Shown piece by piece: positions 1 through 11,288 of a DNA stretch of 64,000 nucleotides. The notes under the pieces are model-generated. The model ran no database searches. It saw nothing but the letters and a program-made list of their open reading frames with translations, and had not been told where the DNA came from. Both the position numbers and the translations under genes were made by a program. The DNA lies in the NCBI RefSeq assembly GCF_052049975.1, contig NZ_JBNGYZ010000001.1:314468-378467 (forward strand), read 5' to 3'. The first letter of the stretch is position 1; each line of letters begins with the position of its first letter. Origin of the DNA: Candidatus Pelagibacter sp. (GTDB taxonomy: Bacteria; Pseudomonadota; Alphaproteobacteria; Pelagibacterales; Pelagibacteraceae).

Positions 1-1107
1 ATTAACTCCCATTGCTTTACCAACTAAAATTGTTTCTAACATAAAAAAAATAAATAATTCACCCAAAGTTTCTTCATTCTTTTTATTTACAATAAATGTC
101 CTAAATGGAATATTTTTTTTATTAAAAACGTTTTGAGTAGCAATAAATTGAGCACTCAAAACATCTTCTAACTTTTTATTTTTTAGATATTTAAATGAGT
201 TAAATAAATATTTATTATTAATTTTTTTTGAAAGAGTGTCCTTAACATAAAAAAAAGTAAAAAAATTATTTTTAAAACCATCTAAATAAAGTTGCATCAA
301 GCTATGATTATCTTTTGGAACACTTGAAATAATTGGAAGTACACCTTTAGATTTTTTTCCTAAACTTTCAGCGACTAGTTGCTGATACCAAAAAAATAAA
401 TCATTTGAGTTCTCATCATAATTTAGAATAATTGAATTATGTTTCTTTTTTTTTTGAAGGGAAATAATGGCAGATGCATTAAGAATGAGTTGATTGATAA
501 AATTTTTATTCTTTATTAATTTATCAAATTGTTTGAATTTATCTGGATTTAATCCCATCAAGTAAGCTGGTAACATTCCTGTTTCTGACAATACAGAATA
601 GCGTCCACCAATCAAATTAGAGTGATCAATTATCTCATCACCGATTTTTTTAGCTAAATCTCTTAAGTAGCTTTTGTTATTTTCAACTATGAAAACATTA
701 TTTTTATTTTTTTTTTCAGAATTTAAATTAGCTACAGTTTCTAAAGTGTTGCCAGATTTTGAAATAATAAGATTTAGGGTTTTATTCTTATTTAAAAATT
801 TCTCTTTTTCTGATCTTAAATTATTTATGAATAAAAAATTTTTCTTTATTTTGTGATTTAAAAAACTATAAATTGCTTCAGAACCTAGTATAGACCCTCC
901 CATTCCAAAAATTTTCACATTATTGAAATTTCTATATCTTTTTTTTATTCTTTTAAAATCAAAATGATATTTATATTTTTTAGAAAAACTTGAAATAACA
1001 GAATTGTTGTTATTTTCATACTCCTTCTTAATTTTATTCCAATCAGTAACTACCTTTTTATTTTTTTTAAATTTAAATGACCTTAAGAGTATATTTTTAG
1101 TAAGCAT
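1..1107 (-). CDS. pgi: Glucose-6-phosphate isomerase, 5' part (runs off the window start; absent from the ORF track)
   Basis: Manual translation from ATG at 1107 (MLTKNILLRSFKF...) shows PGI motifs GMGGSILGSEAIY, ISKSGNTLET, IGGRYSVLSETG, WYQQLVAESLGK and ...LVGKAMGVN at the edge. Start overlaps the upstream TGA (TGATG). Confidence 0.9.
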   Translation of the reverse strand, partial: MLTKNILLRSFKFKKNKKVVTDWNKIKKEYENNNNSVISSFSKKYKYHFDFKRIKKRYRNFNNVKIFGMGGSILGSEAIYSFLNHKIKKNFLFINNLRSEKEKFLNKNKTLNLIISKSGNTLETVANLNSEKKNKNNVFIVENNKSYLRDLAKKIGDEIIDHSNLIGGRYSVLSETGMLPAYLMGLNPDKFKQFDKLIKNKNFINQLILNASAIISLQKKKKHNSIILNYDENSNDLFFWYQQLVAESLGKKSKGVLPIISSVPKDNHSLMQLYLDGFKNNFFTFFYVKDTLSKKINNKYLFNSFKYLKNKKLEDVLSAQFIATQNVFNKKNIPFRTFIVNKKNEETLGELFIFFMLETILVGKAMGVN

Positions 1108-1469
1108 CAATTTTTATTGATTTCATCTAATATTTTTTTTTCCACACCTTCAAATTTAGAGCTTGTATTTTCAGTTACATCTGCGTCTTTTTTAATTAAT
1201 TTATCTTTAATTAATTTTTTTATATTAAATTTGCTTGTTTCTTCTTCCTCTAATTCTTCCTCATTTTCTTCTATATTCTTATTCAGTGTTTCAGGAGTTG
1301 GCATCTCATTAAATTCAGGAGGTAATACAAGAGGTTGTTTTTTTTCAATTAAAAACTGATCAGCATTATTCTTCTTGGTATTGAATAATTCTGATGTATC
1401 CTTATTACATCCTAACAAAAAATAGGTCATTATCATTAGTAGCAAATATTTTACAAATTTATTTTGCAT
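1107..1469 (-). CDS. Lipoprotein, DUF3035-like
   Basis: Signal peptide with lipobox FLLGC. ADQFLIEKKQPLVLPPEF motif typical of DUF3035 proteins, which lie next to lspA in alphaproteobacteria. Confidence 0.65.
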   Translation of the reverse strand: MQNKFVKYLLLMIMTYFLLGCNKDTSELFNTKKNNADQFLIEKKQPLVLPPEFNEMPTPETLNKNIEENEEELEEEETSKFNIKKLIKDKLIKKDADVTENTSSKFEGVEKKILDEINKN

Positions 1470-1938
1470 TTTTTTTCTGAACTATTTCTAAAACAATTAA
1501 CCCAAAAACTCCAACTGAAATAAATATATCTGCAATATTAAAAATAAACCAATGAAAATCTTTGTAATGAAAGTCTATAAAATCTGGCACTGATTTATGT
1601 AATATTCTATCAATTAAATTCCCTAATGCTCCACCTGCAATCATTGCATAAAAATAAGTCATAATAGTACTTGATGTTTGAATTAAATATAAAACATAAA
1701 TTATTATTAAAGCTATTATAAGTGTAATAAGATTATATATCGAAGAATTTTCAAAACCTAAAAGACCAAAAGCAATTCCATCATTTCTTATTAAATCTAA
1801 CGATAGAAATTCAGTTAATATGATTGCCTGATTACTTATTTCAAAATGCTTTACTACCAATATTTTTGAAATTTGATCAATAACAAAGATGAATGAAATA
1901 ATTAATAAAATTATGATGCTTTTTTTTTTACTATGCAT
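1459..1938 (-). CDS. lspA: Lipoprotein signal peptidase (SPase II)
   Basis: Motifs DQISK, RNDGIAFG, GALGNLIDR, VPDFID, FNIAD. Start ATG 1938 preferred over the ORF-track start at 1965 (shorter overlap with ileS). Confidence 0.95.
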   Translation of the reverse strand: MHSKKKSIIILLIISFIFVIDQISKILVVKHFEISNQAIILTEFLSLDLIRNDGIAFGLLGFENSSIYNLITLIIALIIIYVLYLIQTSSTIMTYFYAMIAGGALGNLIDRILHKSVPDFIDFHYKDFHWFIFNIADIFISVGVFGLIVLEIVQKKNAK

Positions 1939-4663
1939 CAGGTAGTCCACAATGCTGCCTTTCACACTTGTTTACCTTTAGTTTCCAACAAACTGAACAC
2001 TTGTTACCTTTGGCCTTTAAAGTTGTAACTTTAATTTCGTTATCCTTGCTCTTTTTTAGACTTGCTGAAGATGTTATGCAAATTTCAGAAAAATCAATAT
2101 CAATAAATTGTTGATAATTTTTTTCATCTAACTCAATTATCAAATGTGCTTCTAAACTTGAGCCAATTTCTTTTGAAGCTCTTTTCTCTTCAATACTTAT
2201 ATTGCAAATATCTCTTATTTTTTTTAATTCATTCCATTTTTCATCTACTTCTTTATTATGAAAGCGATCTGGAATTGTTCCAAATGACTCCAAATGAATA
2301 CTTTTTTTATTTTTTGAAATTAATTTAAAAATTTCCTCTGTTGTGAAAGACAATATCGGTGCAAACCATCTAATTAAATTATCTAAAATAATGCTTAATA
2401 ATTTTATACAAGCCTGTCTCTTTTTTGTTTCTTTAGCATCACAGTAAAGTGTGTCTTTTCTTATATCAAAATAAAATGCTGATAAATCTACAGTGCAAAA
2501 ATTTAATAGCTCTTTGTATAGATTGTGAAAATCATACTTTGCAAAATAATCATGAAACTTTTCATCTAAAAGATAAATCTTATTTAACATATATCTCTCA
2601 AGTTCAGGAAATTCCTCAATTACTAAATTATCTAAATCTAATTCAATAAATTCATCATTTAGATTACCTAGTAGATATCTAAATGTGTTTCTAATTTTTC
2701 TATAAGAATCTGCATGCTGATCTAATATTGCATAATCAATTCTTAAATCCTCTGCATAATTTGAGGATGCAACCCATATTCTCAAAATATCTGCTCCATA
2801 TTTTTTTAATATATCTTCAGGTGCAATGACATTTCCTAATGATTTAGACATTTTTAACCCTTTGCCATCAACCACAAATCCATGTGAAAGAATAGATTCA
2901 AATGGTGCTCTACCTCTAGTTCCACAAGATTCTAATAATGAAGAATGAAACCATCCTCTATGTTGGTCTGATCCTTCTAAGTACATTGAGGCAGGCCATT
3001 TTAGATCTTCCCTTTTTTCCAACACGAATGAATGTGTTGAACCACTATCAAACCAAACTTCTACTATATCGCTAAGTTTATCATAATCATTTGATTTGTA
3101 TTTATCACCTAAAAATCTTTGAGGATCATCTGCAAACCAACAATCTGAACCCTCTTTTTCATAAATTGATGCAATATTTTCTATTACTTCTTCATCAACT
3201 AAAATTTCTTTTGTCTGTTTATGAACGAATATAGGAAGAGGTACACCCCAAACTCTTTGTCTTGAAACACACCAATCAGGCCTTGTTTCAATCATTGACT
3301 TTAATCTTTCCTTTCCTTTAGATGGATAAAATTTTGTTTCATCTAGAGATTTAAGAGCTTTATCTCTTAATTTATGACTCTCCATTGAGATAAACCATTG
3401 TGGTGTAGCTCTATGAACCAGTGGAGCTTTTGATCGCCATGAATGAGGATATGAGTGAACTAATTCACCATTTGATAAAAGACATTTATAATCTTTAAGT
3501 TTTTCAATTACAATTTGATTAGATTTAAAAATATGTAGTCCTTCAAATCCTTTGACATTAGATGTATACTTTCCATCACCATCAACTGTTTCAATAGCTT
3601 TTATTCCATTATTTAAACACAGATTAAAATCATCTGGTCCATGACTAGGAGCACAATGAACTATACCAGTTCCTTGTTCAGTAGTAACAAATCTAGCCTC
3701 CAACATAGGGATATCGTAATCATAGCCCATTTGAACAAATGGGTGAGAACAGATTGTACCTTCAAATTCTTTTCCAGAAAAAGTTTTTATTATTTTTGTA
3801 TTTTCTAAATTACATTCTTTAAAAACAGAATCTTTAAGATCTTTTGCTATGACAATTTTTTTTCCTTTAAACTCATTCTCATCGAGAATTTCTAATAAAA
3901 TATAATCTAGCGACTGATTATAAGCCAAAGCTTTGTTGGCTGGTATTGTCCAAGGAGTTGTCGTCCAAATTATTATTTGCGCATCTTTAAGTTCAGCTAA
4001 TTTAGAACTTTTTACTTCAAAAGCAGCATAAATTGTATCTGACTTATGATCTTGATATTCAACTTCTGCATCAGCTAAAGCAGTTTTTTCTACAGTTGAC
4101 CACAGCACAGGCTTGAAGCCCCTATATAAGCTGCCTTCTTTTAAAAATTTACCAAGTTCTCTCACAATTTGTGCTTCTGCATCAAAGCTCATTGTGGAAT
4201 AGTAGTTTTCCCAATCTCCAACTACTCCAAGTCTTTTAAATTGACTTTTGTGTATATCAATCCATTTTTCAGCAAATTCTCTGCATTCTTTTCTGAACTC
4301 AACAATAGGAACATCGTTTTTATTTTTTTTATTCTTTTTATATTGCTCCTCAATCTTCCACTCTATCGGTAACCCATGACAATCCCAACCCGGGACATAT
4401 ATTGAATCTTTTCCATCCATTTGATGAAACTTTACAATTATATCTTTTAAAATTTTATTTAATGCCGTGCCCATGTGAATATTACCATTTGCATATGGTG
4501 GTCCATCATGGAGTACAAATTTTTCTTTTCCTTTTCTTGATTTTCTTAACTCATCATAAAGATTGATTTCTTTCCAGTAATCTAACATTTGAGGCTCTCT
4601 CGTTGGAAGATTGGCCTTCATTGAAAATGCCGTTTTTGGAAGATTAATTTGTGCTTTAGACAT
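1931..4663 (-). CDS. ileS: Isoleucine--tRNA ligase
   Basis: LHDGPPYANGNIHMG (HIGH-like), GWDCHGLPIE, WTTTPWT, KMSKS, C-terminal CxxC zinc motif. Confidence 0.98.
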   Translation of the reverse strand: MSKAQINLPKTAFSMKANLPTREPQMLDYWKEINLYDELRKSRKGKEKFVLHDGPPYANGNIHMGTALNKILKDIIVKFHQMDGKDSIYVPGWDCHGLPIEWKIEEQYKKNKKNKNDVPIVEFRKECREFAEKWIDIHKSQFKRLGVVGDWENYYSTMSFDAEAQIVRELGKFLKEGSLYRGFKPVLWSTVEKTALADAEVEYQDHKSDTIYAAFEVKSSKLAELKDAQIIIWTTTPWTIPANKALAYNQSLDYILLEILDENEFKGKKIVIAKDLKDSVFKECNLENTKIIKTFSGKEFEGTICSHPFVQMGYDYDIPMLEARFVTTEQGTGIVHCAPSHGPDDFNLCLNNGIKAIETVDGDGKYTSNVKGFEGLHIFKSNQIVIEKLKDYKCLLSNGELVHSYPHSWRSKAPLVHRATPQWFISMESHKLRDKALKSLDETKFYPSKGKERLKSMIETRPDWCVSRQRVWGVPLPIFVHKQTKEILVDEEVIENIASIYEKEGSDCWFADDPQRFLGDKYKSNDYDKLSDIVEVWFDSGSTHSFVLEKREDLKWPASMYLEGSDQHRGWFHSSLLESCGTRGRAPFESILSHGFVVDGKGLKMSKSLGNVIAPEDILKKYGADILRIWVASSNYAEDLRIDYAILDQHADSYRKIRNTFRYLLGNLNDEFIELDLDNLVIEEFPELERYMLNKIYLLDEKFHDYFAKYDFHNLYKELLNFCTVDLSAFYFDIRKDTLYCDAKETKKRQACIKLLSIILDNLIRWFAPILSFTTEEIFKLISKNKKSIHLESFGTIPDRFHNKEVDEKWNELKKIRDICNISIEEKRASKEIGSSLEAHLIIELDEKNYQQFIDIDFSEICITSSASLKKSKDNEIKVTTLKAKGNKCSVCWKLKVNKCERQHCGLPDA

Positions 4664-5573
4664 AATTTTTTTTTGCTTTAGCTAAATCAATTTTTATTTG
4701 TTTTTTTAATTTTTCAACATTAGTAAATTTTTTTTCTTTTCGTATAAATTTTAAAAAATTTACTCTTAAATACTTATTATAAAGATTTCCAGAAAAATTA
4801 AATAGATGAACCTCTAATAATAATTTTTTTTGATTAAAAGTAGGTCTGTAACCTATGTTAGCTATACCTTTGTATATTTTTCCTTTCAAAAATACATTCA
4901 CAGCATAAACGCCTAGTCTTGGAATTAAAAAATCTTTAATATCAATGTTACATGTAGGAAAACCAATCTTCCTACCTAATTGTCTTCCTTTTTCAACTTT
5001 ACCATCAACAACCCACTTTCTATCCAAAAGTTTATTTGCAAAATCTAATTTTCCATTTTCTAAAGATTTTCTTATAAGAGTAGAGGAAACAATTCTATCA
5101 TTTATTTTAACTGGCTTAGGTTTGACTAATTGATAATTCAATTCACTTTCAAAGCTTTTTAATTGCTTAACATCTCCTTCCCTATTTTTACCAAATCTAA
5201 AATTATCACTTACAAATATAAATTGTGTTTTCAATTTTTTTGAAATTATTTTTTTGATAAAATTGATTGAATTAGTAGATGAAAAATTTTTATCAAATTT
5301 TTTATTTATTAAAAAATCAATTTTTAGATTTTTCATTAATTCATTTTTTTGTTTTAAGGATGAAATTCTGAAATTTTTCAATTTTTTATTGAAAAACATT
5401 TTTGGCATCGGCTCAAAAGTTAATACTCCAATTTTGAGTTTATATTTTTTTTTGTACTTCTGAGCTTCTTTAAAAAGTTTTTTGTGTCCTAAATGAACAC
5501 CATCAAAATTACCAATTAAAAGAATCGAACCTTTAATATTTTTTGGAATCTCAAAATTATTAAAAATTTTCAT
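4656..5573 (-). CDS. ribF: Bifunctional riboflavin kinase / FAD synthetase
   Basis: GNFDGVHLGH, VSSTLIR, GRQLGRKIGFPTCN, EVHLFNF. Conserved ribF-ileS-lspA order. Confidence 0.95.
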   Translation of the reverse strand: MKIFNNFEIPKNIKGSILLIGNFDGVHLGHKKLFKEAQKYKKKYKLKIGVLTFEPMPKMFFNKKLKNFRISSLKQKNELMKNLKIDFLINKKFDKNFSSTNSINFIKKIISKKLKTQFIFVSDNFRFGKNREGDVKQLKSFESELNYQLVKPKPVKINDRIVSSTLIRKSLENGKLDFANKLLDRKWVVDGKVEKGRQLGRKIGFPTCNIDIKDFLIPRLGVYAVNVFLKGKIYKGIANIGYRPTFNQKKLLLEVHLFNFSGNLYNKYLRVNFLKFIRKEKKFTNVEKLKKQIKIDLAKAKKNYV

Positions 5574-5579
5574 TAATTC

Positions 5580-6398
5580 TTACCATGTCAGTTTTGATTG
5601 AATATAGTTTGGAATTGATTCATACATTTTTGAAACTTTTTCTATACCACTATTTTCTATTTCCGCTTTATGAATTCCATCTGAAATAATTAAAGAGTCA
5701 AAATTTTGTAAATTTGCACCTTTAATATCTGTATTAAGATTATCACCAATACATAATATTTTTTTATCTTTATTATCAATTGCTTGATTGTAAACTTCTG
5801 GGTAAGGTTTGCCAAAATATATAACGTTGCCTCCCATTTTTTCAAAAACCATTGCTACTGATCCTGCACATAGTTCTCTTGTACTTCCACGGTCTACAAT
5901 TAAATCTGGATTTGTACATATCATTTTTTTGTGAATATATTTTTCTAACAAATCTTTATAAAAACTTAAATCATCGGATTTATCATCATATAAACCTGTA
6001 CATAATATATATTCACTTTCATCTAAATTTTCTTTCTTATTATTTTTAAAGCTCAAAAATAAATCAAAATCTCTTGGGGGTCCTATGTGAAAAAAATCTT
6101 TATCATTAAGACTTTTCTTTAAATAATTTAGAGCTGCTTGACCTGATGTATAAACATGATTGATTTGTTCAGATTTCATTCCTAACTTTTCTAAGAATTT
6201 TTTTACTGTTTCGTTAGGTCTTGGAGCATTAGTTAACAAAATATAATTTTTTTTAATTTCACCTAATTTAGATAAAACTCTAATAGCTCCCTCGTGAAGC
6301 TTGATACCATTATGTACAACGCCCCATAAATCTATGTAGAGAATATCATAGTTATTAACTATAGATCTTAGCCCATCTGTGTCTAAATTTTTAGTCAT
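5580..6398 (-). CDS. HAD-superfamily subfamily IIA hydrolase (TIGR01459-like)
   Basis: DLWGVVH motif I, LTNAPRP, CTNPD, GKPYP, IGDNLNTDI. Sits upstream of ribF as in other alphaproteobacteria. Confidence 0.85.
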   Translation of the reverse strand: MTKNLDTDGLRSIVNNYDILYIDLWGVVHNGIKLHEGAIRVLSKLGEIKKNYILLTNAPRPNETVKKFLEKLGMKSEQINHVYTSGQAALNYLKKSLNDKDFFHIGPPRDFDLFLSFKNNKKENLDESEYILCTGLYDDKSDDLSFYKDLLEKYIHKKMICTNPDLIVDRGSTRELCAGSVAMVFEKMGGNVIYFGKPYPEVYNQAIDNKDKKILCIGDNLNTDIKGANLQNFDSLIISDGIHKAEIENSGIEKVSKMYESIPNYIQSKLTW

Positions 6399-6466
6399 CT
6401 TGATTAGATATAACCTTAAAAAGCCATTTTTTCTAAGTTTTTTGATAATAATGGAGCTGCATAGAT

Positions 6467-6494
6467 CTTGAAATACATGGCCAAATATCTATAT
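6467..6494 (+). promoter_or_regulatory. RpoH (sigma32)-type promoter of groESL
   Basis: CTTGAA at 6467-6472 and CTATAT at 6489-6494 (CTTG-N18-CTATAT), matching the alphaproteobacterial RpoH consensus. SD AAGGAG precedes the groES ATG. Confidence 0.75.
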
Positions 6495-6523
6495 GAGCTC
6501 CATATTTATTTAAAGGAGAGTTT

Positions 6524-6814
6524 ATGAAATTCAAACCATTACATGACAGAGTTTTAATAGAAGTTTTAGACAGTAGTGAGAAAACTGCTGGTGGAATTAT
6601 TATCCCAGATTCAGCACAAGAAAAACCTCAAGAAGGTAAAGTTGTTGCTGTTGGTGGTGGTGCAAAAACTGAAGATGGAAAAACTATACCAATGGACGTT
6701 AAAGTTGGTGACAAAGTTCTTTTTGGAAAGTGGTCAGGCACAGAGGTTAAAATTGACGGTAAAGAGTACAGCATAATGAAAGAGTCAGACATTATGGGTA
6801 TTTCAAGCAAGTAA
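6524..6814 (+). CDS. groES: Co-chaperonin GroES
   Basis: [41 protein letters not shown]. Confidence 0.98.
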   Translation: MKFKPLHDRVLIEVLDSSEKTAGGIIIPDSAQEKPQEGKVVAVGGGAKTEDGKTIPMDVKVGDKVLFGKWSGTEVKIDGKEYSIMKESDIMGISSK

Positions 6815-6824
6815 TTAATTATAA

Positions 6825-8501
<1,677 letters not shown>

Positions 8502-8526
8502 GCACCCTAAACTCAATAAAAAATTT

Positions 8527-8558
8527 AAAAGGCCATCATTTATGATGGCCTTTTTTTT
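8527..8558 (+). terminator. Rho-independent terminator after groEL
   Basis: AAAAGGCCATCAT-TT-ATGATGGCCTTTT inverted repeat (8527-8554) running into a T8 tract. Confidence 0.85.
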
Positions 8559-8570
8559 AGGTAAAAAATT

Positions 8571-8687
8571 ATGTCTAAGAGATACAGTGGTAAATCATTC
8601 AAAGACTCAAGTGTGAAGAAAAAGCCAAAATTTTCACTTAAAGAAAAGAGGAAATTTAAGAGAGAAAAATCAAAAAAGTCTAACTAA
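8571..8687 (+). CDS. Putative small basic protein, 38 aa (MSKRYSGKSFKDSSVKKKPKFSLKEKRKFKREKSKKSN)
   Basis: ATG with AGGT 8 nt upstream. Fills the only large intergenic gap in this region. 17/38 residues are K/R. Below the ORF-track cutoff; no homology confirmed. Confidence 0.5.
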   Translation: MSKRYSGKSFKDSSVKKKPKFSLKEKRKFKREKSKKSN

Positions 8688-8772
8688 TCTAAATAAATAT
8701 CAATTATTCAAGCCAGTTATGCACTTTTTAATGTTTTCAAATCAATTTAAATCAGTATAAGGGCGACACTTT

Positions 8773-10596
8773 ATGAGTAATAATATTAGAAACATCACCA
8801 TTATCGCCCATGTTGACCATGGAAAGACAACTTTAATTGATAATTTAATGAAACAAAGTGGTTCATTCAGAGAGAATGAGGTTGTTGATGAAAGATTAAT
8901 GGACTCTGGTGAATTAGAGAAAGAAAGAGGAATTACTATTCTTGCAAAACCAGCTTCTATTAATTGGAAAGAATCTAGAATTAACATAATCGATACGCCA
9001 GGTCACAGAGACTTTGCTGCTGAAGTTGAAAGAGTATTAAGTATGGCTGATGGAGCATTGCTTTTAATAGACTCAGCTGAAGGTGTAATGCCTCAAACAA
9101 AATTTGTATTATCGAAAGCCTTAAAACAAGGTTTAAAGCCAATAGTGGTAATTAATAAGCTTGATAAGCCTGATCAAAGGGCAAATGAAGTTTTAGATGA
9201 AACATTTGATTTATTTGTCAGCTTAGATGCTAATGAAGAACAATTAGATTTTCCAGTTCTATATGCGAGTGGTAGATCTGGTTGGGCATCAAAAGAAGTT
9301 GATGGACCAAGAGAAAATTTAAAACCACTTTTAGATATGATAGTGGAACATGTTGAACCTGCAAAATTGGATAAAACAAAACCATTTGCAATGTTATCTA
9401 CACTTCTTTATGCAGATAGTTTTTTAGGTAGAAGTTTAGTTGGTAGAATTACCCAAGGAACGGCAAAAGCTAATCAAGCTATTAAAGCTTTAAATCTAAA
9501 AGGTGAAAAAGTTGATGAAGGTAGATTAACTAAAATTTTTAGATACGAAGGAACTAAAAAAGTACCAATAGAGGTTGGTGAAGCAGGAGATATTGTTGTA
9601 GTTGCAGGTTTAGAAAAAACAAATGTAGCTGATACGATTTGTGATTTAGAGGTTAATGAACCAATTGCTGCAACACCTATAGATCCGCCAACAATGTCTA
9701 TAACTATAACTGTTAATACATCTCCATTAGCAGGAACTGAGGGCTCAAAATTAACAAGTACACAAATCAGAGACAGATTAATTCAAGAAGCACAAAATAA
9801 TGTAGGGATCACCTTTGAAGAAAATGATGGGAATGACTCTTTTATTGTAAGTGGTAGAGGAGAGTTGATGTTAGAGATTTTACTTACTCAAATGAGAAGA
9901 GAAGGTTTTGAGATGACTGTAAGTCCACCAAAGGTGCTTTATAAAAAAGATGAAAATGGAAATAGATTAGAACCAATAGAAGAAATTACTATGGATTTAG
10001 ATGAAGAGCATTCTTCAAAAGTAATAGACTCTATGAATAGAAGAAAAGGTAAGTTAATCGAACTTAAGGACACAGGTAAAGATAAGAAAAGGTTAATTTT
10101 TCATGCACCAACAAGAGGGTTGATGGGATACACAAGTAGATTTTTAACTCTTACAAAAGGTAATGGTGTAATTAACAGAATTTTTCATGAATATGGTCCA
10201 TATGAAGGAGACATGGAAGGAAGAAAAAATGGAGCGTTAATTTCCATGGAGCAAGGTAAAGCAGTTGCTTTTGCAATTTTCAATTTACAGGCTAGAGGTG
10301 AGATGTTTGTAACTCACAATGATCCAGTTTACACAGGGATGATTGTTGGTTTGCAACCTAAACCTGGTGATATGATTATCAATGTCATGAAAGGCAAAAA
10401 GTTAACTAACATGAGAACTCAAGGCACAGATGAAAATGTAGTTCTTACTCCTGTTAGAAAAATGTCAATTGCTGAACAACTAAGTATGTTGAACAGTGAT
10501 GAAGCATTAGAGATTACACCTGAGTCTTGTAGGCTAAGAAAAGCTATCCTAGACCCTCATGAAAGAAAAAGAAGTGAAAAAGCTTCAGCTGCTTAA
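8773..10596 (+). CDS. typA: Translational GTPase TypA/BipA
   Basis: IAHVDHGKTT, ERGITI, DTPGHRDF, NKLD, GRGEL, KKLTNMR. Confidence 0.97.
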   Translation: MSNNIRNITIIAHVDHGKTTLIDNLMKQSGSFRENEVVDERLMDSGELEKERGITILAKPASINWKESRINIIDTPGHRDFAAEVERVLSMADGALLLIDSAEGVMPQTKFVLSKALKQGLKPIVVINKLDKPDQRANEVLDETFDLFVSLDANEEQLDFPVLYASGRSGWASKEVDGPRENLKPLLDMIVEHVEPAKLDKTKPFAMLSTLLYADSFLGRSLVGRITQGTAKANQAIKALNLKGEKVDEGRLTKIFRYEGTKKVPIEVGEAGDIVVVAGLEKTNVADTICDLEVNEPIAATPIDPPTMSITITVNTSPLAGTEGSKLTSTQIRDRLIQEAQNNVGITFEENDGNDSFIVSGRGELMLEILLTQMRREGFEMTVSPPKVLYKKDENGNRLEPIEEITMDLDEEHSSKVIDSMNRRKGKLIELKDTGKDKKRLIFHAPTRGLMGYTSRFLTLTKGNGVINRIFHEYGPYEGDMEGRKNGALISMEQGKAVAFAIFNLQARGEMFVTHNDPVYTGMIVGLQPKPGDMIINVMKGKKLTNMRTQGTDENVVLTPVRKMSIAEQLSMLNSDEALEITPESCRLRKAILDPHERKRSEKASAA

Positions 10597-11240
10597 TTAA
10601 AAATTTTATCTACAATAAATAATCCTAAAGCAACACAAGGTCCAATTCCAAAAGCATAAATCAGAGTTCCAACTCCTACTGTTCCACCTAAATACCAACC
10701 TACTCCAACTGCTGTAATTTCGATGCAACCTCTGACTAATGCAATTGGTAGATTTGTTTTTTTGGTTAATCCTGTCATTAAACCATCTCTTGGACCTGGA
10801 CCTAAATTTGCAGTTAGATAAAAACCACTTCCAAGGCCAACTAAGAATACTCCTAAGATTGCTAAAAAGTATTGTGAAATAAGACTGCTTGGAGAAACTA
10901 GAGAACTAATTGTAACATCCAGCATAACGGAAATTATTATTATATTCATTATTGTGCCCAAACCTGGTTTTTGTTTTAAAAAAAACCATAATGATAGAAC
11001 CGCTACACTTATGAAAAATGTAGCTACACCAATAGAAAGGCCTGTAATAATTGATGCACCTTCTGCTAAAACTGTCCAAGGAGAATTTCCTGTTGTTGAG
11101 ACTACCAACAAAGCTTCCCCAAAACCAAATAACATCAAACCAAAACATAGGTATGAAAATGTTGAGGCTTTAGGTTTAAAATTAAATGTTTCTTTCGAAC
11201 TCCAATCAACTACTGGAATTTTTTTAATAGATAAAAACAT
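10593..11240 (-). CDS. YczE/YyaS/YitT-family membrane protein
   Basis: Multiple TM segments with GNSPWTVLAEG, KPGLGTIMN, LGPGPRDGLMTG, GGTVGVGT. Confidence 0.8.
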   Translation of the reverse strand: MFLSIKKIPVVDWSSKETFNFKPKASTFSYLCFGLMLFGFGEALLVVSTTGNSPWTVLAEGASIITGLSIGVATFFISVAVLSLWFFLKQKPGLGTIMNIIIISVMLDVTISSLVSPSSLISQYFLAILGVFLVGLGSGFYLTANLGPGPRDGLMTGLTKKTNLPIALVRGCIEITAVGVGWYLGGTVGVGTLIYAFGIGPCVALGLFIVDKIFN

Positions 11241-11288
11241 TTTTGCTTGATACTTTAAATTTTTTTTTTATTAAAGCTTAATCTTATC

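Noticed and set aside
674-856. 60-aa plus-strand ORF
   Set aside because: Antisense shadow of pgi, which the ORF track missed because it is truncated by the window edge.
1245-1285. Glu-rich run (EENEEELEEEE) in the DUF3035-like lipoprotein
   Set aside because: Ordinary low-complexity linker, not a DNA repeat array.
6399-6523. CIRCE/HrcA operator before groES
   Set aside because: TTAGCACTC-N9-GAGTGCTAA is not present. The different inverted repeat found there is reported as a finding.
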